Positions 22,536 to 33,948 of a stretch of DNA of 64,000 nt are shown piece after piece (within the stretch, counting starts at the first letter, position 1; every line of letters starts with the position of its first letter). The position numbers were made by a program, and so were the translations under genes. A model generated the notes under the pieces. The model saw only the letters and a list, made by a program, of their open reading frames with translations. It had not been told where the DNA came from and ran no database searches. The DNA is from Methanocaldococcus sp. 28A (lineage in GTDB: Archaea; AGJL01; Methanococci; Methanococcales; Methanocaldococcaceae), in the NCBI GenBank assembly GCA_049852185.1, contig CP187540.1; one strand, given 5' to 3'.

Positions 22536-22543
22536 GTGACATT

Positions 22544-22693
22544 ATGCAAGATGGGAAAACTAAATTAAAATATGAAGAGGTTAGAGATTTACTCTCTTTA
22601 TCTAAGCCAAAATTTCCTAAATGTCTATTTTTGTCTATAAATGACCACGTTTGGAGAACTCCAACTCTTACGAAAACATTAAAGAGGGTTTAA
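22544..22693 (+). pseudogene. N-terminal remnant resembling an MjaI-family restriction endonuclease
   Basis: GGTGA RBS then MQDGKTKLKYEEVRDLLSLSKPKFPK, then loss of similarity; family assignment from recall only. Confidence 0.4.
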
Positions 22694-22758
22694 AAAGAAT
22701 TAATTAAAGAATTTATTGAGTAAGATTTTGGATTTTAAATAAATCATTTTTAAATGCT

Positions 22759-24039
22759 TTAATTAAGTTTTAAGACAATTTTTCTTCTTTTTCTATAGAA
22801 ACACTCAAATAAAAATGCTAATAAAAATGTTATAATAATTCCATAGAAAGCCATTTTATTGTTACACCATTGATAATATAAAAGGATTAAAAAAACAATA
22901 AATATTATAGAAAAATTAAACTTAAGAAGCCATTTTTTTCCTCCAACTTCATTTATAAGTTTATAATGGGATAAGATTACAAACAAATATATCATTATAA
23001 AAACAGCACTTGTTATTGAAGCTACTCCCTCCATATTAAAAAGTAATGCAAATAGATAACCTAAGATAGCTGTTATATATAACCCTTCAGAGGAGCCAAA
23101 CCAAACTTTTCTTTCAAAAAATTTTGGTAACTCCCCTTCTTTTGCTAAAGCGTAAGCAATATTTGCCCCACCATAAATTGTGGCGTTCATTGCTGAGGAT
23201 ATAGAAAATAACGCCCCAATAGATATTAATAAAAATCCTAAATTCCCCAAAACAGGTTTAGCTGCTACTGCTAAGGCATTTTCACTATATTTTATTAATT
23301 CATCAATTGGTAAAGAACCTAAAGCTACCACAGAAACTCCAACATATATAAACATCACAATAATAATACTAAGTAGTATTGCTAAAGGAACATTTTTCTT
23401 TGGATTTTCAATATGTTCAGATGCGTTAGTGATTACACCAAAACCCATATAGGATAAGAAAAATATAGCAGATGCTGAAAATAGTCCAAATGTTGTGGAG
23501 TTGGGAGGGTATAAATAAGAAGGATTTAAAACTAAAAATCCAGATAATATAAATAATAGAAGTATAGAAACTTTAATTGAAACAATAAGAAACTCAGCTT
23601 TTCCAACAGCTTTACTACCAAAAAAGTTTAATACTACAAAGAACGCTATTATCATTAATTCAACCAAACCAGTAGTTAATGGAGTTATATCTATATTAAC
23701 TAAAGGTAAAAAATATCCTGCAAATCCTTTAGCAAATAAAGCTATAGAGATAACGTAACTCAGCCACATCAAAATAGCTAAAGCCCCAGTAATTATACTA
23801 TCTCCAAAAGCTTTGTGAATATAAGCTATAGGTCCAGCATCAGAAACGATAACTCTACTTAACTTAATATATGAATAAGCTACTAAAAAAGCATAGATTC
23901 CTGCCAATACAAAAGCTTCGGGTAGTAAATTTCCAGCTATTTTAACTCCAGTCCCAAATATGGAGAAAATACTAGCCCCTATCATTACACCAATGCCCAT
24001 AGAAACAGCTTCATATAAGGAAAGTTTTTTATTTTCCAT
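22759..24039 (-). CDS. APC family amino acid permease (ApcT-like)
   Basis: GVMIGASIFS, FFLSYMGFG; about 12 TM segments. Confidence 0.92.
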   Translation of the reverse strand: MENKKLSLYEAVSMGIGVMIGASIFSIFGTGVKIAGNLLPEAFVLAGIYAFLVAYSYIKLSRVIVSDAGPIAYIHKAFGDSIITGALAILMWLSYVISIALFAKGFAGYFLPLVNIDITPLTTGLVELMIIAFFVVLNFFGSKAVGKAEFLIVSIKVSILLLFILSGFLVLNPSYLYPPNSTTFGLFSASAIFFLSYMGFGVITNASEHIENPKKNVPLAILLSIIIVMFIYVGVSVVALGSLPIDELIKYSENALAVAAKPVLGNLGFLLISIGALFSISSAMNATIYGGANIAYALAKEGELPKFFERKVWFGSSEGLYITAILGYLFALLFNMEGVASITSAVFIMIYLFVILSHYKLINEVGGKKWLLKFNFSIIFIVFLILLYYQWCNNKMAFYGIIITFLLAFLFECFYRKRRKIVLKLN

Positions 24040-24114
24040 ACTACCCCCTAAAATAACATAATAGTTTATTTATAGTTTATTTAATTTATAATAATATATA
24101 AGGTTGATTATTAA

Positions 24115-24173
24115 TAGGTCTTTCACAAAAATAAATAAAATTAAATATATATATATATACTGCGAAAGTCCTA
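24115..24173. repeat. Family 1 repeat
   Basis: TAGGTCTTTCAC...CTGCGAAAGTCCTA. Confidence 0.7.
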
Positions 24174-24201
24174 TTAGAATTAGAATTTAAAATTATTATG
24201 G

Positions 24202-27200
24202 GTGAAAATTATGAAAGATATTTTAAAGAGAGTTTCTGATGTAGTTTGGGAATTACCTAAAGGTTATAAAGAATGTATGAGAGTTCCTGGAAGAATATAT
24301 TTAAATGAGATTCTTTTAGATGAATTAGAGCCAGAGGTTTTAGAACAAATAGCTAATGTAGCTTGTCTTCCAGGAATTTACAAATACTCAATTGCAATGC
24401 CTGATGTGCATTATGGTTATGGGTTCTGCCTTCACCCTGATGCAAAAGTATTAACTGAACATGGTTTCTATTATAAAATAAAAGATTATAAATGTCTAAA
24501 AGATGAAAAAGTTAGAGTTTTCAATACAAAATATAAAAAAATGGAGAGTAGTGATGTTGAAAAGTTCTTCAAATTAAAACCATACTGTAAAGTTTATAGG
24601 GTTAAAACTAAATTAGGATATGAAACAATAGCCACAGAAGACCACCCATTCTATACTCCTTATGGAATGATAGAACTCAAAAACTTAAAAATTGGGGATT
24701 CTATAAGCATATATCCATTTGAAGGTGTTGAGTATGAAGAGCCATCTAATGAAATAATTATTGATAAAAATGATATAATTGAATGTATGGAAAAATTGAA
24801 TTTAAGTGAAAAGAGTAAAGAGGTTATTTTAAGAAAACTAAAAGAGAAAGATTTAATTCCATTAACCTACAATCATAAAAAATTGCCTTACTTATTGAAA
24901 ATTATAGGTTATATCTTTGGAGACGGCTATATGAACTTCATAGGAAAAAGAAAAGATGGAATAATTCAATTTTCTTCAAAAAATCCAAATGACTTAGAGG
25001 AGATTAGAAAAGATATTATAAAATTAGGATACACTCCTTCAAAAGTTTATGAAAAGAATAATTGCTACTTCTTTATAGTAAATTCCACAAGTTTATTAGT
25101 TTATCTCTATACTTTGGGGGTTCCAATAGGAAACAAGACATTAAAAGAATATGAGTTTCCAGAATGGATATTCAAATGTAAATTATGGCAGAAGAGGCTG
25201 TTCTTAGCGTCATTCTTTGGAGCAGAGTTGAGAAAACCATATCCAAGAAAAGATAGAAAAGCCATCTTTACTTCTCCAACATTAGAAATGTCTAAAGATG
25301 TAAAAATTAAAGAAGATGCTCTAAAATTCTTAGGAAATATTATCAAATTGTTAAGTGAATTTGGTATTGAAGCAACAATTAAAAAGAGAAATTCAACACA
25401 TAAAAGAAAAGATGGTGTAGAGACAGTTAGATATATTTTAACAATAAATGGAACATCTAAAAACTTAATAAATCTATGGTCTAAGATTGGCTATGAATAC
25501 AATAGAGAGAGACAAGAACTCGGATGTTATGCAGTGGCATATTTAATGTATAGAGAGTTAGAACTCAATAGAAAAAAGAAACTCGTAGAAAAAGTAAAAG
25601 AGTTATTTGAAAAAGGAAAAAAACCTTCAGAAATTATAAAACTATTAAATGTAGATAAATCTGATAAGAGATTTATTAAGGATATTTGGAATAAATTGAA
25701 AAATGGAAAGGACATTAATGAGATAAGAATTTCCTCAAAATTCCCAAGATTTGAAGAATTTATTAGAGAGAAAAAAGTTGGTGATGGATTAATTTGGGAT
25801 GAGATTGAAAGTATGGAGGAAGTTAATGACATAGAGGAGGTTTATGACTTCACTATAAACCATAAGGACCATAACTTTATAGCAGATAACTTCTTAGTTT
25901 CAAATTGTATTGGAGGAGTGGCGGCTTTTGACCAGAAAGAGGGAGTTATAAGCCCTGGAGGAGTAGGTTTTGATATAAATTGCCTTACTCCAGATACAAA
26001 AATATTAACAGAAGACGGATATTTCATAAAATTGGAAAAACTAAAAGAAAAATTAGATTTGTATGTTAAGATTTATAACACAGAAGAAGGAAAAGAAAAA
26101 TCTTCTAACATATTATTTGTTTCTGAAAGGGTTGCAGAAGAAAAAATAATAAGAATAAAAACAGAATCTGGAAGAATCTTAGAAGGTAGTAAAGACCATC
26201 CAGTTCTGACATTAAATGGCTACGTTCCAGTGGGTATGTTAAAAGAAGGAGATGACATTGTAGTGTATCCATTTGAAGGTGTTGAATATGAGGAGTTATC
26301 AGATGAAGTAATATTGGATGAGGAAGATTTTGCAGATTGTGATAAACAAATTATCAAATACCTAAAAGATAGGGATTTGTTGCCATTTAAAATGAACAAT
26401 AAAAATATTGGGATTATTGCAAGGTTGTTGGGCTTTGCTTATGGAGATGGAAGTATAGTTAAAGAAAATGGAGGTAAATTATATTTAGCATTCTATGGAA
26501 AGAAAGAAACACTTATTAAAATTAAAGAAGATTTAGAGAAATTGAAAGTAAAATCTTCAAAAATATATTCAAGGAAGAGAGAAGTTGAGATAAAAAATGC
26601 TTATGGAGATGAATATACAAGTTTATGTAAAAACAACTATATAAAAATAACTTCAAAGGCATTTGCATTGTTTATGCATAAATTAGGAATGCCAATTGGT
26701 AAAAAGACAGAGCAAAAATATAATATTCCAGAGTGGATAAAGAAAGCACCAAAATGGGTAAAGAGGAATTTCTTGGCTGGTTTGTTTGGAGCAGATGGGA
26801 GTAGAGTAGTGTTTAAAAACTACACACCATTGCCAATAAACCTAACAATGTCAAAGAGTGAAGAGTTAAACGATAACATTTTAGAGTTTTTAAATGAAAT
26901 TAAGCATTTGTTGAAAGAGTTTGAAATTGAAAGTGTAATTTATGAGATAAAATCCTTAGATGGAAGAGTTTCATATAGATTAGCAATTGTTGAAGAAGAG
27001 AGTATAAGAAACTTCTTAGGAAAAATAAACTATGAATATGCAGAAGAAAAGAAAGTTATTGGGTTATTATCTTATGAATACTTAAAGAGAAAAGATGCTA
27101 TAAAAGAGATAAGAAGGAAATGCATTGAAAAAGCAAAAGACCTATATGAAGAAGGATTATCCATTTCAGAAATTTTAAAAATGGATGAATTCAGAAATGA

Positions 27201-28593
27201 GTATATAAACAGGAGGTTAATTGAAAGAGCAATATATGGAATGTTAGATGGAGAGGATGTAAGGGTTTCAACAAAATTCCCAAAGTTTGAAGAATTCATT
27301 AAAAAGTATGGGGTTGGAGGAGGGTTTGTAATAGATAAGATAAAGAAAATTGAAGAGATTCCTTATGATTCAAAATTATATGATGTTGGAATTGTAAGTA
27401 AGGAACACAACTTTATAGCAAATAATATAGTTGTCCATAACTGTGGAGTTAGATTAATAAGAACTAATTTAACAAAAGATGAAGTAGAACCAAAAATAAA
27501 AGAGCTTATAAAAACATTATTTAAAAATGTCCCCTCTGGTTTAGGTAGTAAAGGGATTGTAAGGTTCAGTAAAAGTATTATGGATGATGTTTTAGAAGAG
27601 GGAGTTAGATGGGCTGTCAGAGAAGGTTATGGTTGGAAAGAAGATTTAGAGTTTATTGAAGAACATGGCTGCTTAAAAGATGCAGACGCATCATATGTAT
27701 CAGATAAAGCAAAAGAGAGAGGAAGAGTTCAATTAGGTAGCTTAGGTAGTGGTAATCACTTTTTAGAAGTGCAATATGTTGAGAGAGTATTTGATGAAGA
27801 AGCTGCAGAAATTTATGGAATAGAGGAAAATCAAGTCGTTGTTATGGTGCATACCGGTTCTCGTGGGCTTGGACATCAAATATGTACTGATTATTTAAGA
27901 ATTTTAGAGAAAGCAGCTAAGAACTATGGAATAAAGTTGCCAGATAGACAATTAGCATGTGCTCCATTTGAATCAGAAGAAGGGCAGAGTTACTTTAAGG
28001 CAATGTGTTGTGGAGCTAATTATGCATGGGCAAATAGGCAGATGATTACACACTGGGTTAGAGAGAGCTTTGAGGAAGTATTTAAAATACATGCTGAGGA
28101 TTTAGAGATGAGTATAGTTTATGACGTAGCTCACAACATTGCCAAAAAGGAGGAACACATAATAGATGGAAGAAAAGTTAAAGTTGTAGTTCATAGAAAA
28201 GGAGCTACAAGGGCATTTCCACCAGGGCACGAGGCGATTCCAAAAGAATATAGAGAAGTAGGACAGCCAGTTATTATTCCAGGAGATATGGGAACAGCTT
28301 CATATTTAATGAGAGGAACAGAAATAGCTATGAAAGAAACTTTTGGTTCAACAGCTCATGGTGCAGGAAGAAAGTTGAGCAGAGCTAAAGCTTTAAAGCT
28401 ATGGAAAGGTAAAGAAATACAAAGAAAATTAGCTGAGATGGGAATAATTGCTATGAGTGATTCAAAGGCTGTTATGGCTGAAGAAGCACCAGAGGCATAT
28501 AAGAATATTGATTTAGTTGCAGATACATGCCATAGAGCAGGAATATCTTTAAAAGTAGCAAGAATGAGACCATTAGGAGTTATTAAAGGATAA
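24202..28593 (+). CDS. rtcB: tRNA-splicing ligase RtcB with two inteins
   Basis: [38 protein letters not shown]; 483 aa after removing the inteins. Confidence 0.97.
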   Translation: MKIMKDILKRVSDVVWELPKGYKECMRVPGRIYLNEILLDELEPEVLEQIANVACLPGIYKYSIAMPDVHYGYGFCLHPDAKVLTEHGFYYKIKDYKCLKDEKVRVFNTKYKKMESSDVEKFFKLKPYCKVYRVKTKLGYETIATEDHPFYTPYGMIELKNLKIGDSISIYPFEGVEYEEPSNEIIIDKNDIIECMEKLNLSEKSKEVILRKLKEKDLIPLTYNHKKLPYLLKIIGYIFGDGYMNFIGKRKDGIIQFSSKNPNDLEEIRKDIIKLGYTPSKVYEKNNCYFFIVNSTSLLVYLYTLGVPIGNKTLKEYEFPEWIFKCKLWQKRLFLASFFGAELRKPYPRKDRKAIFTSPTLEMSKDVKIKEDALKFLGNIIKLLSEFGIEATIKKRNSTHKRKDGVETVRYILTINGTSKNLINLWSKIGYEYNRERQELGCYAVAYLMYRELELNRKKKLVEKVKELFEKGKKPSEIIKLLNVDKSDKRFIKDIWNKLKNGKDINEIRISSKFPRFEEFIREKKVGDGLIWDEIESMEEVNDIEEVYDFTINHKDHNFIADNFLVSNCIGGVAAFDQKEGVISPGGVGFDINCLTPDTKILTEDGYFIKLEKLKEKLDLYVKIYNTEEGKEKSSNILFVSERVAEEKIIRIKTESGRILEGSKDHPVLTLNGYVPVGMLKEGDDIVVYPFEGVEYEELSDEVILDEEDFADCDKQIIKYLKDRDLLPFKMNNKNIGIIARLLGFAYGDGSIVKENGGKLYLAFYGKKETLIKIKEDLEKLKVKSSKIYSRKREVEIKNAYGDEYTSLCKNNYIKITSKAFALFMHKLGMPIGKKTEQKYNIPEWIKKAPKWVKRNFLAGLFGADGSRVVFKNYTPLPINLTMSKSEELNDNILEFLNEIKHLLKEFEIESVIYEIKSLDGRVSYRLAIVEEESIRNFLGKINYEYAEEKKVIGLLSYEYLKRKDAIKEIRRKCIEKAKDLYEEGLSISEILKMDEFRNEYINRRLIERAIYGMLDGEDVRVSTKFPKFEEFIKKYGVGGGFVIDKIKKIEEIPYDSKLYDVGIVSKEHNFIANNIVVHNCGVRLIRTNLTKDEVEPKIKELIKTLFKNVPSGLGSKGIVRFSKSIMDDVLEEGVRWAVREGYGWKEDLEFIEEHGCLKDADASYVSDKAKERGRVQLGSLGSGNHFLEVQYVERVFDEEAAEIYGIEENQVVVMVHTGSRGLGHQICTDYLRILEKAAKNYGIKLPDRQLACAPFESEEGQSYFKAMCCGANYAWANRQMITHWVRESFEEVFKIHAEDLEMSIVYDVAHNIAKKEEHIIDGRKVKVVVHRKGATRAFPPGHEAIPKEYREVGQPVIIPGDMGTASYLMRGTEIAMKETFGSTAHGAGRKLSRAKALKLWKGKEIQRKLAEMGIIAMSDSKAVMAEEAPEAYKNIDLVADTCHRAGISLKVARMRPLGVIKG
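24427..25905 (+). mobile_element. RtcB intein 1 (493 aa, LAGLIDADG)
   Basis: GYGF|CLHPD...TEDHP...NFLVSN|CIGG. Confidence 0.92.
25981..27441 (+). mobile_element. RtcB intein 2 (487 aa, LAGLIDADG)
   Basis: GFDIN|CLTPD...LAGLFGADG...IVVHN|CGVR. Confidence 0.94.
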
Positions 28594-28747
28594 ATCCTTC
28601 TATTTATTTCTATTTATTTTTAGGTGTAAGTTTTAAATAGGATTAATAATTATTTTAGCATAACATCATTATAGATTTTATGTTTTTACTTTTTTATTAA
28701 TTTATTAACCAAAGATATGATTTTTTAAATCTCAAAAAGGTGAAACT

Positions 28748-29572
28748 ATGGCTAATAACTTAGAAATTAAAGATTTAGAAAAAATAGCAAAAAAAGTTAG
28801 ATATAATATTGTAAAAATGGTTGGCTTAGCAAAGTCGGGGCATCCTGGAGGAAGCTTATCTGCAACTGATATTATAGTGGCTTTATACTTCAAATTAATG
28901 AACTACGACCCAAAAAATCCATATAAAAAAGATAGAGATAGATTTGTTTTAAGTAAGGGACATGCTGCTCCAGCATTATATGCTGTTTTGGCTGAGTTGG
29001 GGATAATAGAAGAAGATGACCTATGGAAATTAAGGAGATTAGAAGGAAAGTTGCAAGGGCACCCTTCAATGGATATACCAGGAGTTGAGATTTGTACAGG
29101 TTCATTAGGACAAGGATTTTCAGCAGCAGTTGGAATGGCTTTGGGATGTAAGTTAGATAAGTTAAATAATTATGTTTATGTTTTGTTAGGAGATGGAGAA
29201 TGTCAAGAGGGCATTGTATGGGAAGCGGCAATGGCAGCAGCCCACTACAAGTTAGATAACTTAATTGCATTTATTGATAGAAATAAATTACAGATTGATG
29301 GATGCACAGAAGATGTTATGAGTTTGGGAGATATAAAAGCTAAGTTTGAAGCATTTGGATGGGATGTTTTTGAGATAGATGGACATAACTTTGAAGAAAT
29401 TATAAATACTGTTGAAAAAGCTAAAAATCTAAAAAATGGAAAGCCAAAGATGATTATTGCTTATACAATTAAAGGTAAGGGAGTTTCATTCATGGAGAAT
29501 AATGTAGCTTTCCATGGAAAAGCTCCAAATGAAGAGCAGTTAAAACAAGCATTAGAAGAGTTGAAATGTTAA
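28748..29572 (+). CDS. Transketolase N-terminal (TPP-binding) subunit
   Basis: [23 protein letters not shown]. Confidence 0.95.
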   Translation: MANNLEIKDLEKIAKKVRYNIVKMVGLAKSGHPGGSLSATDIIVALYFKLMNYDPKNPYKKDRDRFVLSKGHAAPALYAVLAELGIIEEDDLWKLRRLEGKLQGHPSMDIPGVEICTGSLGQGFSAAVGMALGCKLDKLNNYVYVLLGDGECQEGIVWEAAMAAAHYKLDNLIAFIDRNKLQIDGCTEDVMSLGDIKAKFEAFGWDVFEIDGHNFEEIINTVEKAKNLKNGKPKMIIAYTIKGKGVSFMENNVAFHGKAPNEEQLKQALEELKC

Positions 29573-29649
29573 AATATGGAGAGTAATAATAGTTTTAAAT
29601 TAATAATTTAGTTGTTAATTATTTTATTAATTGCTTTTTGGTGGTTTAA

Positions 29650-30363
29650 ATGATTAAAATTGGAGCCTCAATATTATCTGCAGATTTTGGTCATCTAAAG
29701 GAAGAGATTAGGAAAGCTGAAAAAGCTGGAGTAGATTTTTTCCATGTTGATATGATGGATGGGCATTTTGTTCCAAATATAAGTATGGGGATTGGGATTG
29801 CAAAGCATGTTAAAAAATTAACAAACCTCCCTATTGATGTCCATTTAATGGTTGAGAATGTTGATTTATTTATTAATGAATTTGAAGAAATGGATTACAT
29901 AACCTTTCATATAGAGGCTGTAAGATTTCCATTTAGAATTATAAATAAGATTAAAAGCATTGGAGCTAAGCCAATAGTTGCTTTAAATCCAGCAACACCT
30001 TTGGATAGAATTGAGTATATTTTAGATGAAGTTTATGGAGTTTTAGTTATGACTGTTGAACCTGGATTTTCTGGACAGAAGTTTATTCCAGTGATGACAA
30101 AAAAGATTAGGAAATTGAAGAGCATGATTGTTGAAAATGGTTATGATACAAAAATCTTTGTTGATGGAGGGATAAATGTTGAAACAGCCCCATTGGCAGT
30201 AAAAGCTGGAGCAGATGTTTTAGTTGCAGCTTCAGCAATATTTGGAAAAGATGATGTTAAAACAGCAGTTAAAAACTTAAGAGAAGCTGCTCTAAAAGCT
30301 TTAAATATAGAAAATCAGAATTTTTCAACAAAAAGTGTAGATATTAATGAAGAAACACAGTAA
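29650..30363 (+). CDS. rpe: Ribulose-phosphate 3-epimerase
   Basis: HVDMMDGHFVPN, MTVEPGFSGQ, VDGGIN. Confidence 0.96.
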   Translation: MIKIGASILSADFGHLKEEIRKAEKAGVDFFHVDMMDGHFVPNISMGIGIAKHVKKLTNLPIDVHLMVENVDLFINEFEEMDYITFHIEAVRFPFRIINKIKSIGAKPIVALNPATPLDRIEYILDEVYGVLVMTVEPGFSGQKFIPVMTKKIRKLKSMIVENGYDTKIFVDGGINVETAPLAVKAGADVLVAASAIFGKDDVKTAVKNLREAALKALNIENQNFSTKSVDINEETQ

Positions 30364-30397
30364 AAACAAAATAAAAATAATTATTAGGTGAAAAATT

Positions 30398-31348
30398 ATG
30401 GTTAAGTTGAGTGGAGTTTATAAAGGGATGAGAAAAGGTTATGGAGAGACACTGATAGAATTAGGAATGAAATATGAAAATTTAGTGGTTTTGGATGCTG
30501 ATTTATCTGGTTCTACACAAACAGCCATGTTTGCTAAGGAATTCCCAGACAGATTTTTCAATGCAGGAGTTGCTGAACAAAATATGATAGGTATGGCAGC
30601 AGGATTAGCAACAACTGGTAAAATTGTTTTTGCTTCATCATTCTCAATGTTTGCAAGTGGAAGAGCATGGGAAATAATAAGGAATTTAGTGGCATATCCA
30701 AAGTTAAATGTTAAGGTTGTTGCAACACATGCAGGAATTACTGTTGGAGAGGATGGGGCTTCCCACCAAATGTGTGAGGATATAGCTATAATGAGAGCAA
30801 TTCCAAACATGGTTGTTATTGCTCCTACAGATTATTATCACACAAAAAATGTTATTAGAACTATAGCTAATTATAAAGGCCCTGTTTATGTAAGAATGCC
30901 AAGGAGAGACACTGAGATAATTTATGAAAATGAGGAAGAAGCAACATTTGAAATAGGTAAAGGAAAGGTTTTAATTGAAGGAGATGATTTAACTATTATA
31001 GCTACTGGAGAGGAAGTGCCAGAGGCTTTGAGGGCTGCAGAAATTTTAAAAGAAAATGGAATATCAGCTGAGATAGTAGAGATGGCTACAATAAAACCAA
31101 TAGATGAAGTAATAATTAAAAAATCAAAAGATTTTGTTGTTACAGTTGAAGACCACAACATCATTGGCGGTTTAGGAGGGGCTGTTGCTGAGGTAATAGC
31201 TTCAAATGGTTTAAATAAAAGGCTTTTAAGAATAGGAATTAATGATGTATTTGGAAGAAGTGGAAAGGCAGATGAGCTTTTAAAATACTATGGATTAGAT
31301 GGGGAAAGCATAGCTAAGAGAATCTTAAAAGAGATAAAAAAAGATTAG
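30398..31348 (+). CDS. Transketolase C-terminal subunit
   Basis: GVAEQNM, GEDGASHQ, VEDHNIIGGLG. Confidence 0.95.
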   Translation: MVKLSGVYKGMRKGYGETLIELGMKYENLVVLDADLSGSTQTAMFAKEFPDRFFNAGVAEQNMIGMAAGLATTGKIVFASSFSMFASGRAWEIIRNLVAYPKLNVKVVATHAGITVGEDGASHQMCEDIAIMRAIPNMVVIAPTDYYHTKNVIRTIANYKGPVYVRMPRRDTEIIYENEEEATFEIGKGKVLIEGDDLTIIATGEEVPEALRAAEILKENGISAEIVEMATIKPIDEVIIKKSKDFVVTVEDHNIIGGLGGAVAEVIASNGLNKRLLRIGINDVFGRSGKADELLKYYGLDGESIAKRILKEIKKD

Positions 31349-31386
31349 GGCCATTTTAAAAGAGAGCTTTTTATGATTAATTTTTT

Positions 31387-31457
31387 TAAGACTTTTGCAT
31401 ACTATAGATGATATAGGGAAAATATGATGCTTATTATTTATACCTGCGAAAGTCCTA
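31387..31457. repeat. Family 1 repeat
   Basis: TAAGACTTTTGCA...CCTGCGAAAGTCCTA. Confidence 0.7.
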
Positions 31458-31484
31458 TTATATGAAGCATTTAAATCAACCCAA

Positions 31485-32087
31485 TTATAATAATGGCAAA
31501 GTTTTTCTTAAATCTTTTTCAATCTTATTTATTTCCTCAGCATATTTAATTGCTATCTTTCTCATAACCTCATTAACATTGTTTATTTCCAAATCTTCCA
31601 ATCCAATAATTTTAACATGCTCAGCTCCTTTTGATTTTACATTTATCCCCAAATGTATTTTTGCTGAAACAGTTCCTTTACATGCTATACAAACAGATAA
31701 TTTTTTATCCTCAAAGTATAAATCATCCCCATCTCTTTTTAATCTTATATTATAACTTTCAATTACTTCCTTAGCTATAAAAACCAACAATCTCTGCCTT
31801 AAATATATTGTCTTTAAATCAATGGCATCAAAATGCTCTACAACAAAATTTATAGCATCTTCTGATTTTATTGGAATCTTTATATTTTTTTCTCTTTTTA
31901 TGTCTTTCAAATCTTTCATATTATCTATAGAGACATTCATCTTTCCTCTAAAAACAACTATGCTATCTTTTTGGACATCAAAGGTTTTAAATGCCCATAA
32001 CGGCTCTATCTCCCTTCCTGTATAATCTAATTTATCTTTAACAAAAATTATTGTTATATAATCAGTATCAAAAATTTCAAAGTTCAT
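31485..32087 (-). CDS. DUF366 family protein (biotin/lipoate ligase-like fold)
   Basis: YTGREIEPLWA, NFVVEHFD, RDGDDLY, KLSVCIA; start MNFEIF behind GGTGA. Confidence 0.8.
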   Translation of the reverse strand: MNFEIFDTDYITIIFVKDKLDYTGREIEPLWAFKTFDVQKDSIVVFRGKMNVSIDNMKDLKDIKREKNIKIPIKSEDAINFVVEHFDAIDLKTIYLRQRLLVFIAKEVIESYNIRLKRDGDDLYFEDKKLSVCIACKGTVSAKIHLGINVKSKGAEHVKIIGLEDLEINNVNEVMRKIAIKYAEEINKIEKDLRKTLPLL

Positions 32088-32094
32088 TGAATCA

Positions 32095-32260
32095 CCATGG
32101 GGTCTTTCCGATGTAGTCAAATATAGATTATAGACATTTAAAATATTTACCGATGAGATTGACAGTATAGACTACATTGGGATTGGGCGTCATCAGTTTC
32201 AGCTCCCCTCTGAGTTCATCGGGGAGCATATCATCAACCTCCGCCCCAGACACCTCCGCT
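32095..32260 (-). ncRNA. TnpB-associated right-end RNA (omegaRNA-like) and element right end
   Basis: GC-rich structured tract downstream of tnpB: GCTCCCC/GGGGAGC stem flanked by TGATGA and CTGA; ATGTAGTC/GACTACAT stem. Confidence 0.6.
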
Positions 32261-33018
32261 TTTTAATTTTTTAATTAATTTAAGTCCTCTTTTAAAGATG
32301 TTAAAAGAGCCTACTAACTGTCTATTAAAATACTTTTTACAATTAGAGCAATAAACAACCTGCCCTTCTTGAGATCCATTTTACTCCCGCATATAGGACA
32401 GGTTGTTGATGTATAATGTGGATTTACATAAAAAACGATACTCTTATACTCTAACTGTCTAACTATTCTCTTCCAATCTGTTCTATCTAATTCTCTATGA
32501 AATTTCGAATTTTTATCGTACATATTGAATTTATTTAGGTCTTCGAAGATAAAAATAGCATTAGGGAATAAACGAGATAATTGAGTAGTTAATTTATTGA
32601 TAAAATCCTTAACTCGATTTTTTCTCCTATTTAGGTATTTTTCTAATAACTTCCCTATTCGTTTAGGAGATTTTTTATAAATAGATTTCAACTTATCAAT
32701 GATAATGTCATAAACCACTTTAATTCTATGGAGTTTGGATAAATCAACTCTAATCCAACCTTCTGTTAGATGATATATATCGAGAGATTTTAGATTGCTA
32801 TCAACTCCGACAATTATTTCTCTATTCGAATGGTCTATAGATTGTTTGAAAGTTAGATAAGCAGATTTCTCCTTCAAAATGATTTCGCCAATCTCCCAAT
32901 CTTTAACCTTATCAAAAAACCATTTATCTTTAATGTTTAAAACTAAATATTCCTTTCTTGGTTTAATAGTAATTTTAATTTCTCCTTTTTCTTTATTATA
33001 CATATTGGACAGACACAC
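32232..33018 (-). pseudogene. tnpB: tnpB (IS605/IS607 OrfB), 5'-truncated and frameshifted
   Basis: RuvC-I VGVDSN, RuvC-II IFEDLN, YTSTTCPICG; frameshift near 32375, then YCSNCKKYFNRQLVGSFNIFKRG in another frame. Confidence 0.88.
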
Positions 33019-33146
33019 CTGTTTATACCAATTTGATTAAGAAAAACATCTTTTTCTTAAATGTAATAAAAGAAATTTTAAAGCTACAAAGCTTTTTAGT
33101 TATGGAATGCAATAAAAACAATCAAAATTATTATTAAGGTATAAAC

Positions 33147-33926
33147 ATGGAGTTTGAAAAAATTGAATATATGGTAAATAAAAAACTTAAAGAATTGCGA
33201 TTAAAAAATTCATTAGAAATTTTAGAAAGATTAGATATTAGTATAGAGCTTAAAGAAACTCTAAGATGTATGATTATGAAAAGATTGAATGGAGATAAAG
33301 AATTTTATAAGGTTTCTATTGATAAAAAGCCAAGAGCAGTTGTTGCATTTAGTGGTGGAGTTGATAGCTCAGCATCTACAATAATAGCAAAGCAAATTTT
33401 TGAAATTAAGGCAGTTTCTTGTAATTCAGAATATATAATGACAGATGAAATGAGAAAAAATGCTGAAAATGTTGCTAAAAATATAGGAGTGGACTTAGAG
33501 TTTATAGATATTGATTTAAAAGATATTTATGAAGGAGTTATTAAAGGGAGGTTTCATCCTTGTGGTAGATGCCATAAAATTATTGAAAATGCTGTTATGG
33601 ATTATGCTAAAAAAATTAACGCTGAGTTTGTTATATTTGGTGATTTATTAGCTTTTGGATATTTAGCTTTATATAAAAATAACAATTTATTTAGGTTTAA
33701 TTTGCCATCTTTTTTTGCCTTAACAAAGGATGAAGAAAGAGAAATATTAAAAAATAATGGTATTGAAATTAAAGCATCTTATGGTTGCCCATTATTAAAA
33801 TCTTATCATAAACACAATAGGGGATATAAATTTACCATTCAAAGAATTTTAAGAGAGGTTAGAGGGAGAGTTATTAGCTATGAGGAAGGTGTTAAAAATA
33901 TAAAAGATATAGTTAATTTAAAATAA
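33147..33926 (+). CDS. PP-loop ATPase (QueC-like superfamily)
   Basis: VAFSGGVDSS, PCGRC, GCP. Confidence 0.85.
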   Translation: MEFEKIEYMVNKKLKELRLKNSLEILERLDISIELKETLRCMIMKRLNGDKEFYKVSIDKKPRAVVAFSGGVDSSASTIIAKQIFEIKAVSCNSEYIMTDEMRKNAENVAKNIGVDLEFIDIDLKDIYEGVIKGRFHPCGRCHKIIENAVMDYAKKINAEFVIFGDLLAFGYLALYKNNNLFRFNLPSFFALTKDEEREILKNNGIEIKASYGCPLLKSYHKHNRGYKFTIQRILREVRGRVISYEEGVKNIKDIVNLK

Positions 33927-33948
33927 AATTCAATATAAAATTCAATTT

